From a virus (taxonomy: Duplodnaviria; Caudoviricetes), in IMG/VR virus record IMGVR_UViG_3300016466_000672, positions 1-34,964 of that record: DNA of 34,964 nucleotides. One strand, written 5' to 3'. Shown piece by piece: positions 25,337-33,533 of the stretch. The translations under genes were made by a program, and so were the position numbers. Position 1 is the first letter of the stretch; each line of letters begins with the position of its first letter. The notes under the pieces are model-generated. The model did not search any database and was not told the DNA's origin. It saw nothing but the letters and a program-made list of their open reading frames with translations.

Positions 25337-26863
25337 ATGGCTTACATCAACACTGCAGGCACGCTCTTTGGGGCGCAGTCTGCTCGGATCCAGGAGATCC
25401 TGAACAAGAACATCGAGGTGTTCCTCCCGGCCCTCGATCCGGCGTGGCGGGATACCACGGTCACCAGTCAGGGCGTCGGTCAGGCCAGCCTCATCGGCCG
25501 AGACATGAAGATCCTCAAGATCTACATGGGCTCGATGGCTGGCGTGTTTGAGGGTGGCGCAAATGCCAACTTCACCATGCTTGGCGACACCGTTGCCAAC
25601 GTCGGCGACAAGATGCAGCGTCAGAGCATCACGCAGACGTGGCCCGATGCCACGGATGGTGCAATGGCTCGTCCGTACCGCCTTGGCATTCAGATGAAGG
25701 CCATGGTCTCCAACCTGCTTGTCACCCTTGGTGAGATGCAGGCCGAGGCCACCCCGGCATTCATCGGCGAGGTCATTGCGCCGAAGCTTGAGGGTCACGC
25801 GCGTCTGATTGCGCACACGCTCTGCAACTACTGGTATATGCAGGACAATGCCAACTTCAAGATTGGCACTATCTCTGCAATCACCGGGCTTGCCTTCTCC
25901 ACCGACACGACTTTCAGCTTTACCCCCTCTGAGCTGAACATTGATCGGTACGCGGTTGGCATGCGCATTGACATCTACGATACCACTGGTGCCACCCGTC
26001 GTAACGAGAACGCAGGTGTTCGTACCTCTGCGTACATCACGGCTGTTGACGAGATCAAGAACCTGGTTTCGGTGCGTGTTGTTAATCAGGATGTGACCGG
26101 TACGGTGATCAACACCGACACGATCCGATTCGCCAACAGCGCAAACAGCTCGCCTGCTGGTTTTGGAATCGCCGGCATCAACAGCTGGCTCCGTTACGCT
26201 GCTGGTTCTGGTGCCGATGCGTTCCTTCTTGGTGCGGATCGCGATACCAGCAACGAGATCAACGTGAACACCCACCCGGAGTTCAAGTCGTTCTACAAGA
26301 GTGGCGTCGGCACCCTGACGGAACACAAGCTCCGCCAGTACCTCCGTGGCTTCCACCGTGCGAAGGAGAAGTACGGTCAGTACGTTGACTGCCTCATCGC
26401 CAGCGATGGCGTGTGGCTCAACTACGAGGCGCAGAAGATCGGCCAGTACATGCTGGACCGCACCAACCGCCTCTCGAGCCTCACGAGCGAGGGCAGCCAG
26501 GAAGGCTTCAAGTTCACCTTCGACGGCCGCACGTACACCGGCTACACCTCAAACTACATTGAGTCTGGCACGGTCTACGGCATCCGAAAGGGTGGCTCGA
26601 ACTGGAAGAAGTACGTGCCCCCGTCGCCGAAGGGCACCCAGAAGTTCGACAAGGCCGAGTCCTTCATCCCCTTCGAGTTCGTCGCCCCGGCGCTGGGCTA
26701 CTCCAGCGTCAAGGTGCCGATCACCAAGGCGAGCGGAAGCGGCACGAGCCTTGTGACGGAAGGCGCTCAGATGCCGGGCATGCTGCGCATGCAGCTCGTT
26801 CCGGATCAGCCCGCTGGCATCCGTCTCGATGGCGTGACCGAGGACCGTCAGTACGGCGCTTAA
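25337..26863 (+). CDS. Major capsid protein
   Basis: 508 aa after the scaffold, GGAG SD, strongly biased codons, followed by a strong terminator. Confidence 0.85.
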   Translation: MAYINTAGTLFGAQSARIQEILNKNIEVFLPALDPAWRDTTVTSQGVGQASLIGRDMKILKIYMGSMAGVFEGGANANFTMLGDTVANVGDKMQRQSITQTWPDATDGAMARPYRLGIQMKAMVSNLLVTLGEMQAEATPAFIGEVIAPKLEGHARLIAHTLCNYWYMQDNANFKIGTISAITGLAFSTDTTFSFTPSELNIDRYAVGMRIDIYDTTGATRRNENAGVRTSAYITAVDEIKNLVSVRVVNQDVTGTVINTDTIRFANSANSSPAGFGIAGINSWLRYAAGSGADAFLLGADRDTSNEINVNTHPEFKSFYKSGVGTLTEHKLRQYLRGFHRAKEKYGQYVDCLIASDGVWLNYEAQKIGQYMLDRTNRLSSLTSEGSQEGFKFTFDGRTYTGYTSNYIESGTVYGIRKGGSNWKKYVPPSPKGTQKFDKAESFIPFEFVAPALGYSSVKVPITKASGSGTSLVTEGAQMPGMLRMQLVPDQPAGIRLDGVTEDRQYGA

Positions 26864-26885
26864 ACGCCCCTGCCAGTCTGAGTCA

Positions 26886-26920
26886 AAAGGGGTGTGGTCT
26901 TCGGGCCACACCCCTTTCTC
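26886..26920 (+). terminator. Intrinsic terminator after the capsid gene
   Basis: AAAGGGGTGTGGTC-TTCG-GGCCACACCCCTTT then CTCTT; cUUCGg tetraloop. Confidence 0.85.
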
Positions 26921-26921
26921 T

Positions 26922-26936
26922 TGCTAAAATGCCGGC
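26922..26936 (+). promoter_or_regulatory. Extended -10 TGcTAAAAT 6 nt upstream of ATG 26937 (leaderless promoter candidate)
   Basis: TG-C-TAAAAT-gccggc-ATG right after the terminator; no SD. Confidence 0.55.
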
Positions 26937-27563
26937 ATGGCAAAGCGAATCAAGGTCAAAGGCAAGGCACCCCGCGGACTCAGCAAGGCCCAGCGGATCA
27001 AGATTGCCCCGCTTCAGCGAAAGCTTAATAAGATTAGCAGCTCAGAACGAAAGCGAGCTGATCCGGGAGGCGTTTCTGAAAGCACTTTGGATGCAATTGA
27101 TCGCTACCAGTACATGATCGATGAAATTGCAGAACGGCCTGACATTTCATCCGGTGCGTCGTCCGAGCGCAAGAAGCTGGTGAAGGAAGGCAACCCCAGG
27201 TTCATCGGCCCGCGCCAGCTTGAAGAGTTTGATCCTTGGAAAGAGTTTGAGATTCCGGAAGGTTCTTGGACTCCACGAAGCCAGCACGAAGCATCAAGAG
27301 GCTTTAAAAAGCGAGATAGGAGGGAAGATGATAGGCGTTGGGCTGAGGGCCCCATGGACAGACTTCCCAGCTCTCGTTCTTGGCGAAAGCCATTTACGGA
27401 AAAGTTATCTAAGCGCGACGTAGAAGAACTTAAGAAGGAAATCCTTAGGGAGGCGGGTTCTAAGGAAGGTCGCTTGTTGTACAAGATGCTTATTAGAAAT
27501 CCTCAACTCCGGGAGCGCTGGGCTCGTCGGAAAGAAGATCGCAAAAACCAACCTCCTTTCTAA
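26937..27563 (+). CDS. Charged hypothetical protein with N-terminal MAKRIKVKGK motif
   Basis: 208 aa, lower GC, TAATG overlap with the next gene. Confidence 0.7.
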   Translation: MAKRIKVKGKAPRGLSKAQRIKIAPLQRKLNKISSSERKRADPGGVSESTLDAIDRYQYMIDEIAERPDISSGASSERKKLVKEGNPRFIGPRQLEEFDPWKEFEIPEGSWTPRSQHEASRGFKKRDRREDDRRWAEGPMDRLPSSRSWRKPFTEKLSKRDVEELKKEILREAGSKEGRLLYKMLIRNPQLRERWARRKEDRKNQPPF

Positions 27564-27811
27564 TGGCGAAGAAGCGATTCCAGTTCAAGGCGAAGCACAA
27601 GAACCCCGCTGGTGGGCTCAGTGAGCTTGGCCGCAAGGCGTACAACCGCGCTACCGGCGGCAACCTGAAGAGGCCGCAGCCCGAGGGCGGGTCGCGGCGG
27701 AATTCGTTCTGCGCCCGCATGCGTGGGATGAAGAAGAAGTTGACCAGCGCAAAGACGGCGAACGATCCGAATTCACGCATCAACAAGAGCCTTCGGGCAT
27801 GGAATTGCTAA
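27563..27811 (+). CDS. DUF6321-like small basic protein
   Basis: NPAGGL...GRK.Y...NLK.PQ...RRNSFCARM.G...DPNSRINKSLRAWNC pattern. Confidence 0.75.
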   Translation: MAKKRFQFKAKHKNPAGGLSELGRKAYNRATGGNLKRPQPEGGSRRNSFCARMRGMKKKLTSAKTANDPNSRINKSLRAWNC

Positions 27812-27882
27812 TGGCAAAGAAGATCAAGGTCAAAGGCTGCAAGAAGTGCAGCATGGGCAATTGCAGCGGTTGCTGCAAGTGA
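27811..27882 (+). CDS. 23-aa Lys/Cys peptide (not in ORF track)
   Basis: MAKKIKVKGCKKCSMGNCSGCCK; TAATG coupling. Confidence 0.65.
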   Translation: MAKKIKVKGCKKCSMGNCSGCCK

Positions 27883-27888
27883 GGAAGC

Positions 27889-28035
27889 ATGTACGGCAAG
27901 AAGAAGTTCAAGGTCAAGGGCAAGAACCCAATGGCTGGCTACAAGGTCGGCCCTGATGGTTATCGTGTTGGAAACAGTTCTCGAGGCATCCCGTTTGCTT
28001 CACTTGGGCGTAAGCCTGGTTCCGTGAAGCGCTAA
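27889..28035 (+). CDS. 48-aa basic peptide (not in ORF track)
   Basis: MYGKKKFKVKGKNPMAGYKVGPDGYRVGNSSRGIPFASLGRKPGSVKR; GAGGA SD. Confidence 0.7.
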   Translation: MYGKKKFKVKGKNPMAGYKVGPDGYRVGNSSRGIPFASLGRKPGSVKR

Positions 28036-28044
28036 GGAAACACC

Positions 28045-28224
28045 ATGGAAGAAAAGAAGAAGATGAAGATCAAGGTCAATGGCACTAATCCTCTCCTCAA
28101 GAAGAAGCAGTCTGGCCTGTACGGTCGCGCCCGTGGGGCGTCCCGTTCTGGTTCTGCAGTTCGCGTTTCTGGCTTCAACACCGTGCCTTCTGAGGGTCTC
28201 GGCAAGGGCGGCGGCGGACGCTGA
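28045..28224 (+). CDS. 59-aa basic peptide (not in ORF track)
   Basis: MEEKKKMKIKVNGTNPLLKKKQSGLYGRARGASRSGSAVRVSGFNTVPSEGLGKGGGGR; TAAGGA SD. Confidence 0.7.
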   Translation: MEEKKKMKIKVNGTNPLLKKKQSGLYGRARGASRSGSAVRVSGFNTVPSEGLGKGGGGR

Positions 28225-28226
28225 GC

Positions 28227-28355
28227 ATGGGACCAAATCCACTCAAGGCCCTGAAGAAGCGCATCCAGCGAATGACCAAGAAGTCTCTTGGCTTCAAGTC
28301 TTTGAAGCCGAAGAAGTTTGGGAAGCGCAGGAAGTCGAAGGTCTTCAAGCTCTGA
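28227..28355 (+). CDS. 42-aa extremely basic peptide (not in ORF track)
   Basis: MGPNPLKALKKRIQRMTKKSLGFKSLKPKKFGKRRKSKVFKL; no acidic residue. Confidence 0.65.
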   Translation: MGPNPLKALKKRIQRMTKKSLGFKSLKPKKFGKRRKSKVFKL

Positions 28356-28370
28356 CCACGAGGACCACTT

Positions 28371-28428
28371 GAGGGTGGGCGGGCTGGGACTCCCGCAGGG
28401 GCAGGTCGTAACCGGCCTGCCCCACTTT
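28371..28428 (+). other. Intergenic compound hairpin
   Basis: GAGGGTGGGCGGGCTGG pairs with CCGGCCTGCCCACTTTC using G.U pairs, enclosing GAC-TCCC GCA GGGG-CAG-GTC. Confidence 0.6.
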
Positions 28429-28442
28429 CGATAAGGACCGCC

Positions 28443-28817
28443 ATGGCGAAGGACGCGTGCTACAGAAAGGTGATGGCCTCGTACGGCAAGTGGTCGGCGC
28501 GCGCAGCGCAGGCCACGGCGAAGTGCCGCAAGAAGAGCGGCAACGTACGCAAGACGCAGGCCGGCGCGAACCTGAAGCGGTGGACGGCAGAGAAGTGGGT
28601 CGACACCCGGAGCGGCAAGGCATGCGGGGCTGGTGGGGCCAACGAGTACTGCCGACCCAGCAAGCGCGTGAGCAGCAAGACGCCGAAGACCAGGGGTGAG
28701 ATGACGAGCGGGGAGTTGGCGAGGAAGAAGGTGGAGAAGAGCAGGGTCGGGATGCAGGGTGCGTTTGGAAAGAAGGTTTCGCCGCTCAGGCGGCTAAGGA
28801 GGCTGAGTCGTGGCTAA
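28443..28817 (+). CDS. DUF5872-like small basic protein
   Basis: DACYRKV...KWSARAAQ...KCRKK...LKRW..EKWVD...CG...YCRPSKRVS.KTPKT..EM; AAGGA SD. Confidence 0.75.
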   Translation: MAKDACYRKVMASYGKWSARAAQATAKCRKKSGNVRKTQAGANLKRWTAEKWVDTRSGKACGAGGANEYCRPSKRVSSKTPKTRGEMTSGELARKKVEKSRVGMQGAFGKKVSPLRRLRRLSRG

Positions 28818-28980
28818 GAGCCCCACCAACTGGATCAGCAAGGTTCGCGCAAGCATCAAGCGGCGCGGAACCGAGGGTGTATGCACGGGCGATAAGTTCG
28901 GTGGCCCAACGTGCAAGCCCGGGAGCAGGCGGTACAACCTGGCAAAGACCTTCCGGAAGATGGCGAAGAAGAAGTCATGA
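28810..28980 (+). CDS. 56-aa basic peptide (not in ORF track)
   Basis: MAKSPTNWISKVRASIKRRGTEGVCTGDKFGGPTCKPGSRRYNLAKTFRKMAKKKS; AAGGAGG SD and GTG start. Confidence 0.75.
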   Translation: MAKSPTNWISKVRASIKRRGTEGVCTGDKFGGPTCKPGSRRYNLAKTFRKMAKKKS

Positions 28981-29231
28981 AGCCAAAGAACCGGGAATGG
29001 CTGCTGAAAATGATTGCGGAAGCGCCTGACACGCCTCCGACCCCGGCACCACGTCCATTGCCAAGACCAATTCCGAAGAAGCAGGACCGCGGAGATCGGT
29101 CCAGGAAACTTACTTCGGGGGAGCGCAACTTCTTCAAGCGTAAGTTTGGGGAGATGCCCCCGGATAACATGACATTGGGGGAGTTCAGGTCCCGAATCAG
29201 AAATGCACGCAAGGAAGGTGGCTTCGATTGA
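28977..29231 (+). CDS. 84-aa basic Pro-rich protein (start reassigned to ATG 28977)
   Basis: ATGA overlap upstream and TTGA overlap downstream. Confidence 0.65.
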   Translation: MKPKNREWLLKMIAEAPDTPPTPAPRPLPRPIPKKQDRGDRSRKLTSGERNFFKRKFGEMPPDNMTLGEFRSRIRNARKEGGFD

Positions 29232-29779
29232 GCGAGATGGAGATCACGTTTGATCCCAAGTGGGAGGCTGCGTGTGCAGGTCTTGCCATCGGCGAGGAGC
29301 ACGAGGTTTGCCCCGATGGCGAATGGATCAGGTATGCGCGCAGGCTGACAGGCATCAAGGATCTTTTTGTCTACCACCACAAGAAGGCTGGTAGCTGGGT
29401 CCTTGCGAAGTGGATATTTCCCCCCACCAGCACCGATAGTCCGGTCGCTCTGGAGCTCGAGGCCATGCCGTTGCCTCCGGACATGCCCGGAAGCGGAAGG
29501 CTGGTGGGGGACTCCTTGATCTCTCGCTGCAAGCCGGTTGACGAGATGGTGGATGCAATGAAGGCAAGGCTCCGCCGAGCAAGCAGCCATCGAAAGTCCA
29601 TGATGGACGAACGAATCCACAGCAAGAAGAACGCCGTCAAGTACATGAGAAAGCATGGCATGGACCACGGCGCACATCTTCTCGAGGAAGGCGTGTCCAG
29701 CTGGGCTGCACCAAGCGAGTGTAAGAACCAGTACAACCAAACCGTGAGCGAACTCATGGCAATGGCAAAGGCAACCTGA
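29228..29779 (+). CDS. Hypothetical protein (head-completion region)
   Basis: 183 aa, coupled at both ends. Confidence 0.7.
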   Translation: MSEMEITFDPKWEAACAGLAIGEEHEVCPDGEWIRYARRLTGIKDLFVYHHKKAGSWVLAKWIFPPTSTDSPVALELEAMPLPPDMPGSGRLVGDSLISRCKPVDEMVDAMKARLRRASSHRKSMMDERIHSKKNAVKYMRKHGMDHGAHLLEEGVSSWAAPSECKNQYNQTVSELMAMAKAT

Positions 29780-29780
29780 C

Positions 29781-30710
29781 ATGGCAGACTCAAGCAACAG
29801 CCTCCTGAAGACTGCGGTTGAGCGAATCAGGGGATACCTGGACGATCCCGATCTTGAGGCCAAGTACACGGACGATTACATCGTCCGCCATGTGTTCCAG
29901 CCTGCTTTCGCTACTGTGACGAGCAGGCTGAACAACAGCGCAAGCAACCCCGTGCTGAAGCGCCTTACGTTTCCCCTGGTGAAGAACCAGCAGTATTACC
30001 AACTGCCCCCTTGCGTCGGAGAGGTGTGGCGGCTGGCAATCGTTGACACCACCGGAAACGTGACGCAGGAGGCGGTTCCTCGGGGCCTTTACAGCTATCG
30101 TGGTCCAAACTGGCAGATCGAGGGCAACATGCTCTCGTTCCTTCCGTACCCGGACACGAACTATTCCTCCATCGAACTCTGGTACTGCCCAAGCGGAGAC
30201 TTCCAACCCGTCTACTGCACAACTGGCACCGGTGTCACCATCGGTGGTTCAAACACACAAGTCACCATCAATATCTCATCCGCAACAATCGGTCTTGGTT
30301 CTTTTGACCGCCGACCTTCTGCCTATGTTGGTCAGATTTTTAGGTTCATTGGTGGTTTGAGCAGCAATGTTGTCGAAGAGCGGATGATCGAAACTTGGGA
30401 AAAGGGCGTTGGTAGTTTTGATTGGATCGCCACTTTTCGTAGACCGCTTGTAAACAATCTAAGCCCAACGGCTTTTGAGATTTCACCCGAAGGAAGTGAG
30501 TCTTTGTATGAGGCAGTCGCGTGTGCAGGGGCGATGAAGCTTGCCGGATATCGCAAGACAACTGGCGACCACTTCATGATGATCCAGGCTCAGTACCGTG
30601 ACTCAATGAAGACGCTCATGGACCGCAACTCGAACATGCAGATGAGGATGCCGAAGTCCTGGCAGAAGGACACTGTGGACAACGAGCTTGGTCAGTCCTG
30701 GAGATTCTGA
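29781..30710 (+). CDS. Putative head-tail adaptor / tail tubular protein A-like
   Basis: Helical N-terminus (VERIRGYLDD...YTDD), QQYYQLP and WQIEGNMLSFLPYPD, typical of podovirus adaptor proteins; lower-GC internal insert. Confidence 0.55.
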   Translation: MADSSNSLLKTAVERIRGYLDDPDLEAKYTDDYIVRHVFQPAFATVTSRLNNSASNPVLKRLTFPLVKNQQYYQLPPCVGEVWRLAIVDTTGNVTQEAVPRGLYSYRGPNWQIEGNMLSFLPYPDTNYSSIELWYCPSGDFQPVYCTTGTGVTIGGSNTQVTINISSATIGLGSFDRRPSAYVGQIFRFIGGLSSNVVEERMIETWEKGVGSFDWIATFRRPLVNNLSPTAFEISPEGSESLYEAVACAGAMKLAGYRKTTGDHFMMIQAQYRDSMKTLMDRNSNMQMRMPKSWQKDTVDNELGQSWRF

Positions 30711-31453
30711 TGCCGATTGGAGATCCAAATGACTTCCGGACCCCGACGTTCATGCACGTCGAGCGGTTCCCCGGATTCTCAGAACGCGGTGGCGTTGGTT
30801 CTGGCTTTTTGCCGTCGTTTAATCCGCCGGCTGGGGCTTCCAGTCTTGAGTTCCCGAACCTGAACTTGCCGAACATCGAAGGAAGCTCCTTCAACTACAG
30901 CTTCCCGCAGATGACCATTAACCCGCCGGCCATCATGACTCCCCCAATCGGAGAGGGAGCGGCTGGTGGGGGAGGCGGGCCGAGTCAAATCACGGTTGTA
31001 GATGGAAATGCCCCGACCGTATTCAGCGGCATCGACACGATTGTGTTTGATGGAGCAGGTCTTGCATCTGTTTCAAACACAGGCACAGGGCAAGTCACTG
31101 TCACCATTAATGGCGGCGGAGGCGGTGGCTCAACAATTGAGTATGGGTACATCACTGGGTACACAAAAGACCCAAACGATCCAATTTGGCAATACACCGT
31201 ACAGAAGGTAGCAAACGGAACCAACAGTGGATCTCCTGTTGTTGCATATAACCTTCTTGAGATTTCAAATACGGCGGCTATTGCTTATGGAATTTCAGTC
31301 AACGGGGCTGGTCATAAAATTACAGGAACGAATTTCACTTTTGGCCCTGTTCCTGTAGATACATATGTTCGCATGGAACAGACAAATGACCCGCTTGGCG
31401 CAAATGACTATTGGTTTAGTGCGCCAAATGTGATTTCTGGGAGTTGCGTGTGA
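30710..31453 (+). CDS. Putative tail/fibre-associated protein
   Basis: Pro-rich N-terminus, Gly linkers, a TIVFDGAG..VSNTG.GQVTVTI repeat-type segment and a beta-rich C-terminus. Confidence 0.6.
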   Translation: MPIGDPNDFRTPTFMHVERFPGFSERGGVGSGFLPSFNPPAGASSLEFPNLNLPNIEGSSFNYSFPQMTINPPAIMTPPIGEGAAGGGGGPSQITVVDGNAPTVFSGIDTIVFDGAGLASVSNTGTGQVTVTINGGGGGGSTIEYGYITGYTKDPNDPIWQYTVQKVANGTNSGSPVVAYNLLEISNTAAIAYGISVNGAGHKITGTNFTFGPVPVDTYVRMEQTNDPLGANDYWFSAPNVISGSCV

Positions 31454-33126
31454 TCCCCGGGGTTACTCAAGCTGCATATTGCGCTGGGGCTCAAAGTGCC
31501 TGCGGCACGAGTAATGATTCATACCCCCCACCTCCATGTCCAGTCTCTACAGCAACGACCGAAGTAAACGAGCAGATGTCGACAAGCGGTCAGTTGTCTT
31601 ATATCGAATCAATTGTCAATATGCCGTTTGGCACCACGCCAAGCCTCAGTAACCCGGGATACGTTTCTCTTCCAGTTCACACAAATAATGCGTGCAATTG
31701 TGGGGTGGAGAGCTCCATAAACGCCGTTCACCTTTCAAATTTCAGCGCATCTTGGTCAAAGTCGTCTGAATCTGAAGTTTCAGTAACTGGAAGCAAGACA
31801 AGAAATGGCATTGTTGTTGCAAGTGCAACATCAAAAGCAACGCAGGCTGTCTTTAATTTTAGCGGGGGTGAGTGGTCTTATACATATGGGACCAATTGCA
31901 ATTGCTCTGATGTTTCTTACATTTTTGGTGAATGCAATCTCTATAACCTTATTTCTGAAGGATCAGTATCCGGCGGTCAAACCATTACTAATGTTTACAC
32001 GCCGGGGACAAGGCCTGCGTTTATCCAAGCGTCATTTACGCTTCGATGGGTTCCAAGGTCCCAAATAAACGTAACCGGATTTCAAATTAGTCTAACAGCA
32101 GCGGCAGCCGCAATTGGACCGTGGACTGTCAGTACTGGTTCTGGTCTAACGATTACAAATGGATCTATCTCTTACAGTTACTCGGCAGACACAAAACTAG
32201 ACTTGGTACCTAATACCACCTATTTCACTACATTTAGGCCAATTGGGGTTTCAAGCCAAGCTGAACTTCAAGACCTTAAATCCAAGTCAATGGTTGTTTA
32301 TGGGCAAGACACGGTTTGTTTTCTAATTATCGAGAAGGGTGAAATACTGAGTCCAGTCGGGGTGGTTGGTATTTCAAATCACATTTTCAAGCAAGAAGCT
32401 GTTCAACTTGGTGGGTATTCAGAAGACGAGGCAGGAGCTCTTGCGTTTCTAAACGCATCTGTTTCTCCAAAATACCCCCAAAACCTTCCACCCAACTTCT
32501 GGACTGGACAGGGTTGTCCTTATGGTTCAAGAGCCCCTGGTTCTTGTAATTATTCAAACGGTCCTGGATTCATTTTCCCAATTGGAGCAGACACTTTTGG
32601 AACCGGTCCTGCTTTTCTAACTCCTTGGTCGTTTACAGGTGGTGTCTCGAGTGTCACTTCGGTGTTCCAATACCCTACACAACAAACAACATTTAATATT
32701 GGCCTCGGCCCCCCACAGCCTTTTGGCACGCCGTGCCCTCCTGAACTTCAAGATGGGTATGTGCCTGGAATTCTTACTTGTGGGATCTTTGACGATCCAT
32801 TTCAATGCGAGTGTAGTTATTACACTGGCGATACTGCTAATCCTGACATTGTAGAGGTGTTTGCAACACTAGTTGTTAGTGGTGGCGAGATCCCGTGCCC
32901 ATTTGACCCAACCATTGTTAGTTGTTACCAAGCAACCGTTCCAACAAGAAATGGATGTTGCCAAATTGGATCTATTGGAGCAATTGTTGATTCTGCCTAT
33001 CAAATAGTTTCAGTTCAAGGAAACATAAGGTGTTGGGGGGCCGGGTCTACAACAACTGAAGTAGAAAACGGGTCTTTGTCAGTCACGCTTACAAAGTCTC
33101 TATCTGGGAATTTCTCAATCTCATGA
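31444..33126 (+). CDS. Cys/Ser/Thr-rich putative receptor-binding or tail protein
   Basis: About 560 aa, markedly lower GC, many Cys; the real start may be GTG 31450 (GTGA overlap). Confidence 0.6.
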   Translation: MRVIPGVTQAAYCAGAQSACGTSNDSYPPPPCPVSTATTEVNEQMSTSGQLSYIESIVNMPFGTTPSLSNPGYVSLPVHTNNACNCGVESSINAVHLSNFSASWSKSSESEVSVTGSKTRNGIVVASATSKATQAVFNFSGGEWSYTYGTNCNCSDVSYIFGECNLYNLISEGSVSGGQTITNVYTPGTRPAFIQASFTLRWVPRSQINVTGFQISLTAAAAAIGPWTVSTGSGLTITNGSISYSYSADTKLDLVPNTTYFTTFRPIGVSSQAELQDLKSKSMVVYGQDTVCFLIIEKGEILSPVGVVGISNHIFKQEAVQLGGYSEDEAGALAFLNASVSPKYPQNLPPNFWTGQGCPYGSRAPGSCNYSNGPGFIFPIGADTFGTGPAFLTPWSFTGGVSSVTSVFQYPTQQTTFNIGLGPPQPFGTPCPPELQDGYVPGILTCGIFDDPFQCECSYYTGDTANPDIVEVFATLVVSGGEIPCPFDPTIVSCYQATVPTRNGCCQIGSIGAIVDSAYQIVSVQGNIRCWGAGSTTTEVENGSLSVTLTKSLSGNFSIS

Positions 33127-33524
33127 GCACTCACAAGACAAGAATTCAATTTGGACCTTGGCGATTCTTCATTGTTGTTGACATTGTGAATGGAACTCTT
33201 CAGGTAGAGAAAACAGAACACGTCAACATTGTGCGCAAGGCAGGTGAATACTTGCTGGCCGAGACAAGCAGGTTTACAAAGTCAATCACGCTTGCGCAGA
33301 TCGAGGAAAGGTCTTCAATCTGTTCTTCTTGCGATTCCATCAACAAGAAGTCTGAAGATGAGTGGTACTGCAAGGGATGTGGTTGTCCGGAGTGGACTCG
33401 AAGCAAGCTTCAAACCAAGTGGTCAATGCCTGCTGCAAACTGTCCGCTTCAGAAATGGAAGAAGATCGAAGAGGGAGATCCTGCCCCTGCGAATACAGAT
33501 TCCCCTGAAAATTCAATAAGGTAA
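33123..33524 (+). CDS. Small Cys-rich (Zn-binding) protein
   Basis: R..IC..C...C..CGC...K......CP..KW pattern (DUF6171-like from memory). Confidence 0.7.
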   Translation: MSTHKTRIQFGPWRFFIVVDIVNGTLQVEKTEHVNIVRKAGEYLLAETSRFTKSITLAQIEERSSICSSCDSINKKSEDEWYCKGCGCPEWTRSKLQTKWSMPAANCPLQKWKKIEEGDPAPANTDSPENSIR

Positions 33525-33533
33525 GATTCTGCG
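33522..33533 (+). promoter_or_regulatory. -10 element TAAGAT 6 nt upstream of ATG 33534 (leaderless promoter candidate)
   Basis: TAAGAT-tctgcg-ATG; an AAGG slightly further upstream could alternatively serve as a weak SD. Confidence 0.4.

Noticed and set aside
25232-26356. 374-aa minus-strand ORF (also 28856-29869)
   Set aside because: Antisense to the capsid and head-completion genes; no SD or recognisable domain.
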